Of a stretch of DNA of 64,000 bases, positions 50,568 to 60,982 are shown piece after piece. The stretch covers positions 864,001 to 928,000 of the forward strand of contig CAXXMU010000006.1 in the NCBI GenBank assembly GCA_963667785.2, given 5' to 3'. The stretch is from Alphaproteobacteria bacterium. Its GTDB lineage: Bacteria; Pseudomonadota; Alphaproteobacteria; UBA828. Numbering within the stretch: the first letter of the stretch is position 1; every line of letters starts with the position of its first letter. The notes beneath the pieces were generated by a model. It worked only from the letters and a program-made list of their open reading frames with translations. It had not been told where the DNA came from and made no database searches. The position numbers and the translations under genes are program-made.

Positions 50568-51489
50568 GCCGCAACCCCCGCCGCAGCCCTCGCCGCAACT
50601 CTCGCCACCGGACGCGCAGCCAGTGCACGGCGGCTTCGTCCAGCAGCCCGCGCGGGCGCACGATGAGCAGCACGGCGACGAGGCCGCCGAAGACGATCAT
50701 GCGGTAGCCGGAGATCGCGCGGATCGATTCCAGCAGGCCGATGTCGATGGCGACGCCGATCAGCGGCCCGAACGCCGTGCCCAGGCCGCCGATCAGGCCG
50801 TAGGCCAGGCCGTGCACGCCCAGCATGACGTTGAAGATCTTGGGCTCGACATAGGTCGTGAGGTGGGCGTAGAGCGCGCCCCCGATGCCGGCGACGACGC
50901 CGGCCAAGACGACGGCCAGGATCTTGTGGGCGGTGACGTTCAGCCCCTGCATCTCGGTCAGCATCGGGTCCTCGCCGATCATCCGGAAGATGGCGCCGAG
51001 GCGGGAGCGCTCGAGGATCAGGAAGCCGACGAGGACCACCGCCAGCAGCCCGTAGATGATCAGCAGGTACTCGAAGGCGGAAACGTTGCTGTCGTAGATC
51101 GCGCGAATGTCGCGAAAGCCGTCGGAGCCGTTGGGGCCGACCAGCTCGCCGTCGATCTCGACCTGATAGGTGAAGATCTCGAGGATCAGCCGCACCATCT
51201 CTGCGAAGGCGAGCGTCGCCACCGAGAAGTAGAGTCCGCGCAGCCGCACCGTCGGGATCGCCACCACCAGCCCCGCCACCCCGCCGAGCAGCGCACCCCA
51301 CACCAGGCCGAGCCAGAACGGCCAGCCCCACATCGCAGTCGCGATGCCGGAGCCATAGGCGCTGACGGCGAAGAACGCCTGCTGACCGAACGAGATCTCG
51401 CCGACGACGAGCAGCAGGTAGGCCGAGAGCGCGATGAACGAGATCATGCCGATGTTGGAGAGGACCGCGATGAGATAGTCGCCGCCCAT
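50554..51489 (-). CDS. ABC permease LivM-like (set 2)
   Basis: GEISFGQ, RLRGLYF.VATLAF, GGLGT..GP, RPRGL. Confidence 0.9.
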   Translation of the reverse strand: MGGDYLIAVLSNIGMISFIALSAYLLLVVGEISFGQQAFFAVSAYGSGIATAMWGWPFWLGLVWGALLGGVAGLVVAIPTVRLRGLYFSVATLAFAEMVRLILEIFTYQVEIDGELVGPNGSDGFRDIRAIYDSNVSAFEYLLIIYGLLAVVLVGFLILERSRLGAIFRMIGEDPMLTEMQGLNVTAHKILAVVLAGVVAGIGGALYAHLTTYVEPKIFNVMLGVHGLAYGLIGGLGTAFGPLIGVAIDIGLLESIRAISGYRMIVFGGLVAVLLIVRPRGLLDEAAVHWLRVRWRELRRGLRRGLRRAEG

Positions 51490-51492
51490 CGC

Positions 51493-52392
51493 TCACACCC
51501 GCCGTGTCGCCGCCTGCTCGCGCTCGACGGCGAGCTGGCCCATGAGGCCGCCGGGCCGGAACACCAGAAACAGGAAGAGCAGGAAGTAGGCGGAGAGGTC
51601 GCGGTACTCGGTGCCCAGATACCAGATGCTCTGGGCCTCGACGACGCCGAGAAGCAGCCCGCCGAGGATGGCGCCCGGGATCGATCCCATGCCGCCCAGC
51701 ATCATGGCGATCAGCCCCTTGAACGTCGCCCAGAGCCCGAAGAGGGGCGTGATCTGCCCGTCCGCGCTGACGATCAGATAGGCGGCGACGCCGCCGAAGG
51801 CGGACGCGATGACGAAGGCGAGAGACATGACCGCGCCGACATTGATACCCATGAAGAGCGCCGCGCGCGGGTCCTCGGAAACGGCCCTGAGCGCAAGGCC
51901 GAAACGCGTGCGCTGCAGCAGCCAGTGGAGCCAGACGGTCATGACGGCCGCGCAGGCGAACATCACGACGTTCTCCAGCTTGAAGAAGAACGGGCCCAGC
52001 TCGACCGGAGCGGCGCTCACCAGCGGCGGGAAGAAGTAGGTCCGGTCGGGGAACACCACGGTCACGATCTCTTCGAGCTGCATCCAGATGACGAAGCTCG
52101 AGACCATCGACGCCACCGCCGCGCCCCGGCGAATGGCCCGGAAGCAGAGGCGCTCGACGTAGATTCCGGCGATCACCGCGCCCACCACGGTGGCCGCGGC
52201 GATGGCCACGGCATTGGCCCGGAACTCCATGTAGACCAGCGTGCCGACGAAGGCGCCGACCATGATCGACGGCCCGTAGGAGAGGTTGAGCCGGCGCATG
52301 ACGCCGAAGATCAGGGTGAACCCTATGGCGAGCAGGCCATAGGACGAGCCCAGCATGATGCCGTCGAGGCAGTTCTGGATGAAATCAACCAC
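51493..52392 (-). CDS. ABC permease LivH-like (set 2)
   Basis: GFTLIFGVM..LNL.YG, ALRAVSED, LGGMGSIPGA, RPGGL. Confidence 0.9.
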   Translation of the reverse strand: MVDFIQNCLDGIMLGSSYGLLAIGFTLIFGVMRRLNLSYGPSIMVGAFVGTLVYMEFRANAVAIAAATVVGAVIAGIYVERLCFRAIRRGAAVASMVSSFVIWMQLEEIVTVVFPDRTYFFPPLVSAAPVELGPFFFKLENVVMFACAAVMTVWLHWLLQRTRFGLALRAVSEDPRAALFMGINVGAVMSLAFVIASAFGGVAAYLIVSADGQITPLFGLWATFKGLIAMMLGGMGSIPGAILGGLLLGVVEAQSIWYLGTEYRDLSAYFLLFLFLVFRPGGLMGQLAVEREQAATRRV

Positions 52393-52434
52393 CGGCCTCG
52401 TCCCGCACCGCTGTCGGAGGTCCGGTCATGGGCC

Positions 52435-53203
<769 letters not shown>

Positions 53204-53211
<8 letters not shown>

Positions 53212-53971
53212 CCGCCGCCTCCACGCTGCCGCCGAGATAGGCCTGCTGGACCGCCTCGTCTTCCTGAATCGCGGCTGGCAGGCCCTCGGCGATCTTGCGC
53301 CCGAAGTTGAGCACCGCGATGCGGTCGGTCACGCCCATGACGAGCTCCATGACGTGCTCGACCAGGACGATCGTCATGCCCGCCCGTTGCAGGGTCCGCA
53401 GGCGGCCGTCCAGCGCGTGCACCTCCTCCAGGTTCATGCCGGCGGCGGGCTCGTCGAGCAGCAGGAGCCTGGGCTTCGTGGCAAGCGCGCGTGCCAGCTC
53501 GAGACGGCGCTGCTCGCCGAAGGAGAGGTTGGCGGCGAGCTCGTTCCGCTTGCCGGTCAGCCCGGCGAAGGCGAGCTGTTCGTCCACCGCATCGCGCGCT
53601 GCACCGGAGCCGAAGAACCACCGCTTGGCGAAGTTCTCGCGGCGGCGATCCTCGACCGAGTTCTGCGCCACCCACAGGTTCTGCCAGACCGTGAGGTGGC
53701 CGAACAGGCGGATGTTCTGAAAGGTGCGCGCCACGCCCGCCGCCAGCACCCGGTGGGGTGCTGCGCCGGTGATGTCGCGATCCTCGAAGACGACCCGCCC
53801 GCCGGTGACCGGCAGGACGCCGCAAATCAGATTGACCGTGGTGCTCTTGCCCGAGCCGTTGGGGCCGATCAGGCCGAAGATCTCGCCCTCTTCCACCGCG
53901 AGATCGAGCTCGTCGACGGCATGGACGCCGCCGAAGTGCTTGGTGAGAGATGTGAGCTGCAGGACCGGCAT
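53204..53971 (-). CDS. ABC ATPase LivG-like (set 1)
   Basis: GPNGSGKS, ARTFQN, LSFGEQRRLE, LDEPAAG, VEH. Confidence 0.92.
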
Positions 53972-53975
53972 CGCG

Positions 53976-54878
53976 CTAGTTGCGGGTGTCGCGGGTGAAG
54001 AGCCCGCGGACGAGCTTGACGGAGCGCTCGTCGATCAGCCCGCGCGGCTGGATGTTCATGGCGAGCACGATCAGCGCCCCGAACAGCAGGTTTCGCCAGT
54101 CGCCCATGAAGCGCAGGCCTTCGACCAGGATCCCCTGGATGAAGATCACCGCCACGAGCGTGCCGAAGACATTGCGCAGCCCCCCCAGGATCGGATAGGC
54201 GATGGCGAAGGTCGCCAGCATGACGCCGAAGTTCAGGTGCTCGATGTGCGTCGTGTAGTGGGCGTAGATCGCGCCGCCGATGCCGGCGATGAAGCCGCCG
54301 GCGGCGAACGCGCCGACCTTCACCGCCGTCAGGTTGACGCCGACGCTCTGGGCCGCCAGCTCGTCCTCGCCGACCGCCCTGAGCACGGCGCCGGCGCGTG
54401 AGCGATCGGTCCACCAGAGCGCCAACATGACGAGGGCGACGATCACCCAGATGAAGATCGCGACATCCAGGGTGCTCCAGCCGTTCTCGGGAAAGAAGCG
54501 GATCTGCTTGAACCCTTCGCCGCCCTGCGGCCCCACGACGATGCCCTTCTTCTCGATCTGGTAGTCGAAGTTGAACCAGAAGAGGCGGATGAACTCGCCG
54601 AAGGCGATGGTCGCGACCACCAGCATCAGGCCTTTGATCCTGAGTGCGGGAAACCCGACGATGCCGGCCACGATGCCGGCGAGCGTGGCTGAGACCAGAA
54701 GCGCCGGAATGATGTGCCAGCCCGCCAGCACCGTGAGCATCGCCGAGACATAGGCGCCGATGGAGAAGAAGCCCGCCTGCGCCAACGTGACCTGGCCGGT
54801 CTGCAGGACGACGTAAGCGGACAGCCCGAGAAGCGTGTGGACGCCGATGATCTGGAGGAGCCCGAAGAAGAAGTCCAT
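53976..54878 (-). CDS. ABC permease LivM-like (set 1)
   Basis: TGQVTLAQAGF, LRIKGL...VATIAFGE, RAVGEDE.AA. Confidence 0.9.
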   Translation of the reverse strand: MDFFFGLLQIIGVHTLLGLSAYVVLQTGQVTLAQAGFFSIGAYVSAMLTVLAGWHIIPALLVSATLAGIVAGIVGFPALRIKGLMLVVATIAFGEFIRLFWFNFDYQIEKKGIVVGPQGGEGFKQIRFFPENGWSTLDVAIFIWVIVALVMLALWWTDRSRAGAVLRAVGEDELAAQSVGVNLTAVKVGAFAAGGFIAGIGGAIYAHYTTHIEHLNFGVMLATFAIAYPILGGLRNVFGTLVAVIFIQGILVEGLRFMGDWRNLLFGALIVLAMNIQPRGLIDERSVKLVRGLFTRDTRN

Positions 54879-54893
54879 CGCCTTCTCCCCCGC

Positions 54894-55775
54894 TCAGTCG
54901 CGCGCCACCGAGCGCGAGAAGATGCCGCCAGGCCGGAACACCAGGAACACGAACAGCAGCAGCATCACGTACATGTCCCGTTCGGTGACCCCTCTGAACG
55001 CCAGGAAGAAGTTCTCGAAGGCGCCGACCGCGAGGCCCGCGACGATGGCGCCGGGGATGCTGCCGAGGCCCCCGATCACGCAGACGATCAGGCCCTTGAC
55101 CGTGATCGGCACGACCAGCAGGGGCGAAAGCACGCCGACCGAGGCGCCGATCATGGCGCCGGCCAACCCCCCCAGCAGACCGGTGATGACGAAGGTGAGC
55201 GCGTTCGTGCGGTCCAGGCTGATGCCGGCGAGCTGGGCCGCGACCGGCTGTTGCGCCACCGCGCGGGTCGCGATGCCGAGGCGCGTGCGGTAGAGCATGA
55301 ACATGAGCACGACCATGGCGATCAGCGAGAGCACGAAGATGAAGATCAGATCGCCGCGCAGGCCGAAATCGCCCCACTCGATATAGATGTCCGCGAAGAG
55401 CGCCGGGTAAGGCTGGGGCATTCCGTCGGTCGCGTGAACCACGATCTCGTCGATCAGGATCAGCATGCCGACAGTCGCCATCAACGTGGCGAGCGGGCTC
55501 GCGAGCGGGATGAAGCGGAAGTTGGCGAGGTAGATCAGGAACGCGATCGCGCCGGAGCCGATCGCGGCGATGAGGAAGGTGACCAGCGCCGGCAGCGGCA
55601 CATAGGCGGCCACGGCGATGCTGACATAGGCGCCGGCGATGGAAGCCGCGCCATAGGCCAGGTTGATCTTGTGCATCACCCCGAAAATCAGGGTGAAACC
55701 GATGCCGATGAGCGCGTAGATGGAGCCGAACAGCAGGCCGTCCGTGATCGACTGAAAGAAGTCGAGCCAGTCCAC
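54894..55775 (-). CDS. ABC permease LivH-like (set 1)
   Basis: GSIYAL.GIGFTLIFGVM..INLAYG, IGGLGSIPGA, RPGG. Confidence 0.9.
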   Translation of the reverse strand: MDWLDFFQSITDGLLFGSIYALIGIGFTLIFGVMHKINLAYGAASIAGAYVSIAVAAYVPLPALVTFLIAAIGSGAIAFLIYLANFRFIPLASPLATLMATVGMLILIDEIVVHATDGMPQPYPALFADIYIEWGDFGLRGDLIFIFVLSLIAMVVLMFMLYRTRLGIATRAVAQQPVAAQLAGISLDRTNALTFVITGLLGGLAGAMIGASVGVLSPLLVVPITVKGLIVCVIGGLGSIPGAIVAGLAVGAFENFFLAFRGVTERDMYVMLLLFVFLVFRPGGIFSRSVARD

Positions 55776-55813
55776 CCGATCATCCCCCGCTCGAGAGGCG
55801 TCGGCGAAAAGGA

Positions 55814-55850
55814 GGCGGGTGGGCGCCGGCGCGTGCGGCGCACACCCGCC
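55814..55850 (-). terminator. GC-rich hairpin after the binding-protein gene (terminator or mRNA stabiliser)
   Basis: GGCGGGTG.GCGCCG...CGGCGC.CACCCGCC followed on the minus strand by TCCTTTT. Confidence 0.5.
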
Positions 55851-55859
55851 CGAAAACGC

Positions 55860-57071
55860 TTACTGCGACGGGTCGTGGAGGATGGCCCACTCGCCCGCCT
55901 GGGCATGCACGTAGAGGTAGGGCTTGACCGCCTCGCCCTCGTCCGTGCGCTGGATCTTGCCCAGCAGCCCGTCGGTTTCCTTCAGGGACGCCAGCCCGTC
56001 GCGGAGCTTGCGCCGGTCCGCGTCGACCGAATCGCCGTCGCCCGCGATTCCCTGGGCTTCCATGACATCCCTCAGGATCATCACGATCTCCCAGGCGGCG
56101 GCGCTGTGCAGGTCCGCGCTCCCCTCGTACTTCGCTGCCGCGTCGGCGGCGGCCTTGGCGGCCGGCGTGACCGGCGCGAAGCTGGTCGGGATGATGATGC
56201 CCTCGGCCTGCTCCGAGCAGCCCTGCAGGGTTTCCATGCTCGACGAGCTCGTGAGCCCGACCAGCAGCTTCGGCGTGACCCGCTGGCGCTTCATCTCCTT
56301 CAGCACGCCGCAGGTGGTGAAGGGATGCGCCGAGATGGCGACGATATCGGCCTTCGCCTTCTTCATCTGGCGCACCTGGGTGGTGAAGTTGGTGTCGTTC
56401 AGGAGCCACTTGGACTCACCGAGGACCTCGTAGCCCGCCTCGGGCGAGCGCTCCTTCATCACCTTGTGCCAGGTGAAGCGGGAATGGGCGAAGTCCTCCT
56501 CGACGCCGCCATAGACGGTCTTGAGATCCGGATGCTCCGAGCTGATCCACTGGAACAGCGCCCTGTACATCTCGCTCTCGTTGGGAACGTTGCGGAACGC
56601 CCACTGGGAAATCTTCGCCAGCCCGCCCTTGATGGCGGTATCGGTGAAGACCGGAATCTGAAGGCCGGAATCCCCGGCATCGTCGACGGTCTTCTGCAGG
56701 ATTCCGAAGAGCGGCTCGGCGACATTCGAGCAGGTCGGACCGATGGCGACCACCGCGCTGCTGCCGGCGATGCGCCGCAGCACGGAAATGCCCTCCTCCG
56801 CGTTGCAGCGATCGTCGTAGAACGTGAGCTCCATCATCGCCTTGGAGCCGTCGGCCAGCGTCACGCCGCCGCCCGCGTTCACGGCCTCGATCGCGCCGGT
56901 CAGCACCGCTTCCGTGTTGATGCCGAACGAGCGAACGACTCCGGACTTCGCGCCGAAGCCGGCGATCTGCACCGTCTTCTCCGCCGAGAACGCTTCGCTC
57001 TGTGTACCGAAGCTCGCCGCCACGGCAAGCGCGGCCACGGCGCCAAGCCTGACTAGCTTGCTATCCAACAT
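55860..57071 (-). CDS. Liv-type (HAAT) ABC substrate-binding protein
   Basis: Signal peptide, DDRC, IGPTCSNV, WAFRNVP, NFTTQV; GGGGAG RBS. Confidence 0.9.
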   Translation of the reverse strand: MLDSKLVRLGAVAALAVAASFGTQSEAFSAEKTVQIAGFGAKSGVVRSFGINTEAVLTGAIEAVNAGGGVTLADGSKAMMELTFYDDRCNAEEGISVLRRIAGSSAVVAIGPTCSNVAEPLFGILQKTVDDAGDSGLQIPVFTDTAIKGGLAKISQWAFRNVPNESEMYRALFQWISSEHPDLKTVYGGVEEDFAHSRFTWHKVMKERSPEAGYEVLGESKWLLNDTNFTTQVRQMKKAKADIVAISAHPFTTCGVLKEMKRQRVTPKLLVGLTSSSSMETLQGCSEQAEGIIIPTSFAPVTPAAKAAADAAAKYEGSADLHSAAAWEIVMILRDVMEAQGIAGDGDSVDADRRKLRDGLASLKETDGLLGKIQRTDEGEAVKPYLYVHAQAGEWAILHDPSQ

Positions 57072-57238
57072 CTTGCTCTCCCCTTGCGTTGACATCGGAT
57101 TCTGTTCCGACCGACCCCGTGCGGTTCGGAGTTCACGATCTGGGCCGCCGCGAACGGTCGATCCGCCGCGGTCGGCACGTCGATGGCTCAATCCTATACC
57201 CGCCTCGCCGACGGAGACAGCGGATACTTGATTTGGCC

Positions 57239-57400
57239 CTACCACTTGGACAAGCCCTCGTCATGGGGAAGGTCCGGGTGCAGGAGATCCCAGGGCTGCG
57301 CGCGCCGCATAGATCTCCCGGCTCGGGCGGTACAGCCCGGCGCGCCGCGCAGCAGGGAGAACTCGCCCTCCATCACCATCACGGCCGGGCGTTCGCCGGC
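57239..57400 (-). pseudogene. Possible remnant of the C-terminus of a GFA-family gene
   Basis: Joining two frames across a GC-dinucleotide run gives LYRPSREIYAARA-QPWDLLHPDLPHDEG, which resembles GFA C-termini; no intact 5' part. Confidence 0.35.
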
Positions 57401-57500
57401 GACAGGCTCCGGCACCGCGTCCATCTCCTGTCGTCCGCAGCAACATGGTAAGGAAGATCGGGATGACAGCATCCGGCCTGAGGCCGAACCGGGAGAAACC

Positions 57501-58496
57501 ATGAGCAACAAAGCCGCCGTCATCCACGAGAAGGGCACGCCCGACGTCTTCCGCTGGCAGGACTGGCCGGTCGGCGAGCCGGGGCCGGGCGAAGCGCTGA
57601 TCCGCCACGGCGCCATCGGGGTGAACTACATCGACACCTACAACCGGCGCGGCATGCCGCATCCCTGGCCTGTGCCGCCGCTCCCCTTCGTCGTCGGCAT
57701 CGAGGGCGCAGGCACGGTCGAGGCGGTCGGCGACGGCGTGACAGAATGCGCGGTCGGCGACCGGGTCACCTATGCCAGCCCGCCCCACGGCGCCTACGCG
57801 CAACGCCGGGTGATGCCGGCCAGGCGGCTGGTCAGGCTGCCCGACGGGATCTCCGAGGAAGACGCCGCCGGCATCACGCTCAAGGGTCTCACCGCCCAGT
57901 ACCTCCTGCGCCGAACCTACCGGGTGCAGCCGGGCGATCCGGTGCTGGTCCATGCGGCGGCAGGCGGCATGGGGCTGATCCTCTGCCAGTGGGCCAAGCA
58001 CCTGGGTGCCGTCGTGATCGGCACGGTCTCCACCGACGAGAAGGCGGAACTCGCCAGGGCCCACGGCGCCGATCATGTGGCCGTCTATTCGCGCGAGGAC
58101 TTCGTGCCGCTGGTCATGGAGGTCACCGACGGCAAGGGCTGCCCGGTGGTCTACGAGAGCATCGGCAAGGACACCTTCACACGCTCGCTCGATTGCCTGC
58201 GCCCGCTCGGCATCCTGGCGAGCTACGGCCACGCCTCGGGCGCGCCGGACCCGGTCGACGTGGTGGACCTGGGCAGGCGCGGCTCGCTGTTCGTCACCCG
58301 TCCGGCGCTCATGCACTATGTCGAGGAGCGCGAGAACCTGGTCGCTGCGGCACAAGAATTGTTCGACGCGGTGTCGTCGGGGGCGGTGACGATCACCGTT
58401 CACAACCGCTATCCGCTGCGCGAGGCCGCGGAGGTGCACCGCGCCATCGAGGAACGGCGCACGACCGGCTCGACGGTGCTTCTGCCCTTCGCGTAG
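57501..58496 (+). CDS. NADPH:quinone oxidoreductase (zeta-crystallin/Qor family)
   Basis: GVNYID, G.EGAG, LKGLTAQYL, HAAAGGMG, GSLFVTRP, TTGSTVL. Confidence 0.93.
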   Translation: MSNKAAVIHEKGTPDVFRWQDWPVGEPGPGEALIRHGAIGVNYIDTYNRRGMPHPWPVPPLPFVVGIEGAGTVEAVGDGVTECAVGDRVTYASPPHGAYAQRRVMPARRLVRLPDGISEEDAAGITLKGLTAQYLLRRTYRVQPGDPVLVHAAAGGMGLILCQWAKHLGAVVIGTVSTDEKAELARAHGADHVAVYSREDFVPLVMEVTDGKGCPVVYESIGKDTFTRSLDCLRPLGILASYGHASGAPDPVDVVDLGRRGSLFVTRPALMHYVEERENLVAAAQELFDAVSSGAVTITVHNRYPLREAAEVHRAIEERRTTGSTVLLPFA

Positions 58497-58531
58497 CGCC
58501 CGCCCCGGCCATGCCCGCGAGGCACCAGAGC

Positions 58532-59182
58532 ATGCCTTACGAGATGCGGCTCTTCGAAGATGTCCTGTTCGGCGGTGAAGACATCCGCCTGGAAGAGCCC
58601 GCGCCGAGGGCGCTCTACGTCGCGGCCGGCAGCGTCTCGGTGGATGGAGAGGATGTCCCGCTGGACGAGGGAATCGTCCTGACGGGCGCGGCGACGGTGT
58701 GCGCCGGCGTCGATGGCGCCACGGTCTGGCGCTGGGAGGTCGGGCCCCTCACCGTCGAGGCCGGCGCAGGCGGTCATCGGACCACACTTCGCCTTGCCGG
58801 CCCGATCGATCCCGCCGCGATCGCCGACGAGCTCCTGATCCGGCTGGACAGCGTCGCCTTCCCGCCCGGGGGAGAAGCCCTTCTCCACACGCATCAGGGG
58901 CCCGGAATCAGATGCCTCCGGGAGGGGGAGATCAGGATCGATACGGAAGGCCGCTCCTCTTCCTACGCCCCCGGCGGCGCCTGGTTCGAGAGCGGGCCGG
59001 AACCCGTCTTCGCGCAGGCCTCGGCCACCGTCCCCAGCCGTTTCATTCGCACGATGGTCCTGCCACGACCGCTGCTCGGTGCGTCGTCCATTCGCTACGT
59101 CAGGGACAAAGACCGCGACAGGCCGAAGTCGCAGACCTATCGGGTGTATGGCGAGAGGCCCGTACGCCTCGATCAGGGATAG
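58532..59182 (+). CDS. Cupin-fold protein
   Basis: FPPGG.A.LHTHQGPGIRC...AWFE.G.EPV; alternative start at 58511. Confidence 0.7.
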   Translation: MPYEMRLFEDVLFGGEDIRLEEPAPRALYVAAGSVSVDGEDVPLDEGIVLTGAATVCAGVDGATVWRWEVGPLTVEAGAGGHRTTLRLAGPIDPAAIADELLIRLDSVAFPPGGEALLHTHQGPGIRCLREGEIRIDTEGRSSSYAPGGAWFESGPEPVFAQASATVPSRFIRTMVLPRPLLGASSIRYVRDKDRDRPKSQTYRVYGERPVRLDQG

Positions 59183-59240
59183 GGGCACCGGCATCACGAT
59201 CCAGCGGCTGGCGGTGCGGGCGGGTTGAAGGAGAAGAGAG

Positions 59241-59996
59241 ATGCGCTGCAGCGGGATCGTCGCGATCGTCACCGGCGGAGCCATGGGCATCGGGCTCGCG
59301 ATCGTGCGGGCGCTCCTCGCGGAAGGGGCGCAGGTGGTCATCGCCGACAGCGCCGGCGCCGCGGAAGCCGCCGAGGCGGAGGGCGGCGCCCGGAAGGGTG
59401 TCGTCGGCGTCTCTTGCGACGTGTCGAGCCGAAGCGACACCGAGGCCATGGCGACCGCCGCGCTCGAGGCGTTCGGTCGCATCGACGTGCTGGTCAACAA
59501 CGCCGGGATCTACTCCACGCTCGAGATGACGCCCTTCGAGGACCTGGACATCGACGAGTGGCGGCGCGTTCTCGAGGTGAACGTCATCGGGCAGGCGATG
59601 GCGACCCGCGCGGTGGTCCCCGCCATGCGGCGGCAGGGCGGCGGCTCGATCGTCAACCTCTCGTCCGGAACACCCTTCAAGGGCGTCCCCTTCATGCTGC
59701 ACTACGTGGCGAGCAAGGGCGCCGTCAACGCGATGACGAGAGCGCTTGCGAAGGAACTCGGCGCCACCGACATAAGGGTCAACGGGGTGGCGCCCGGATT
59801 CACCCTGTCCGACGGCGTGCGCGCGAACCCGCATCAGATGGAGAAGCTTCAGGAAGTCTCGCGGCAGGCACGCGTCATCCAGCGCGATCAGCATCCGGAG
59901 GACATCGTGGGCGCGGTGATCTTCTTCGCCTCGCAGGACTCCGCCTTCGTCACGGGGCAAACGCTCGTCGTCGATGGCGGCGCCTACTTCCACTGA
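59241..59996 (+). CDS. Short-chain dehydrogenase/reductase
   Basis: TGGAMGIG, NNAG, YVASK, TGQTL.VDGG. Confidence 0.93.
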   Translation: MRCSGIVAIVTGGAMGIGLAIVRALLAEGAQVVIADSAGAAEAAEAEGGARKGVVGVSCDVSSRSDTEAMATAALEAFGRIDVLVNNAGIYSTLEMTPFEDLDIDEWRRVLEVNVIGQAMATRAVVPAMRRQGGGSIVNLSSGTPFKGVPFMLHYVASKGAVNAMTRALAKELGATDIRVNGVAPGFTLSDGVRANPHQMEKLQEVSRQARVIQRDQHPEDIVGAVIFFASQDSAFVTGQTLVVDGGAYFH

Positions 59997-60028
59997 GCCG
60001 GATCGGCCGGGCTAGGATCGAGGTCGTC

Positions 60029-60922
60029 ATGATTCGCACCCACGGTCGCTATCCCTATTCCAACATCACCACCCGGCCGGTCTACGACTGGCCGAACGGG
60101 ACCCGTCTCGCGGTCTATGTCGCGGTCAACGTCGAGCAGTTCAGCTTCGGCGAGGGCAAGGGCGCGGCCATCGCGCCGCCGGACCAGGCGAACAGCCACA
60201 GCGTCTATTCGTGGCGCGACTACGGCAACCGGGTCGGCATCTGGCGCCTGCTGGAGCTGTTCGACGCCTTCGACGTCCCCATCGAGGCCCAGATGAATCT
60301 CGCCGTTTACGAACACTGCCCCGACATTCCGGCGGCGCTCAGGCAGCGCGGCCACGAGATCCTGGGCCACGGCATCACCAACTCGGACATGCAGGAGAGG
60401 CTCGACGAGGCGGACGAGGCGGCCCTGATCGCCGAGGTCACCGAGACCATCGCGCGCCACGAAGGCAGCCGGCCGGTGGGCTGGATGAGCCCCTGGCTCT
60501 CCAACAGCGCGGTCACGCCCGACCTGCTGCAGGAGGCGGGCTATCGCTACTTCATGGACTGGACCTGCGACGACCAGCCGATCTGGATGACGACGCGCGC
60601 GGGCCGCATCCTGGCGATGCCCTATCCGATCGAGTGCAACGATACTCGCGGCATCGTCTGGTACGGCCACACGGCCGCCGAGTTCGTGGACATGCTGATC
60701 GACGGCTTCGACGAGATGCTGGCCCAGAGCGAGAGCCAGCCCCTGGTGTGCCCGATCTCGCTCCATCCCTTCGTGATGGGGCGCCCCTATCGCGTGCGCC
60801 AGCTGCGCCGCTTCTTCGAGCACGTCGCAGCGGAGCGCGAGCGCATCTGGCTGACGCGCCCGCGCGACATCTGCGCCCATGTCGAAAGCCTGCCCCGGGG
60901 CACGGTGCCGGGCGATTCATGA
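60029..60922 (+). CDS. Polysaccharide deacetylase family (PuuE allantoinase-like)
   Basis: WPNG.RLA, WRDYGNRVG.WR, HEILGHG, GWMSP, DDQP, LHPF..G.PYR. Confidence 0.88.
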   Translation: MIRTHGRYPYSNITTRPVYDWPNGTRLAVYVAVNVEQFSFGEGKGAAIAPPDQANSHSVYSWRDYGNRVGIWRLLELFDAFDVPIEAQMNLAVYEHCPDIPAALRQRGHEILGHGITNSDMQERLDEADEAALIAEVTETIARHEGSRPVGWMSPWLSNSAVTPDLLQEAGYRYFMDWTCDDQPIWMTTRAGRILAMPYPIECNDTRGIVWYGHTAAEFVDMLIDGFDEMLAQSESQPLVCPISLHPFVMGRPYRVRQLRRFFEHVAAERERIWLTRPRDICAHVESLPRGTVPGDS

Positions 60923-60982
60923 GCCGCAGGGCGGCGCGCGACGCCACGGGACCCGCTCTCCCGCCTGGGCCGCGCCTCCCTC

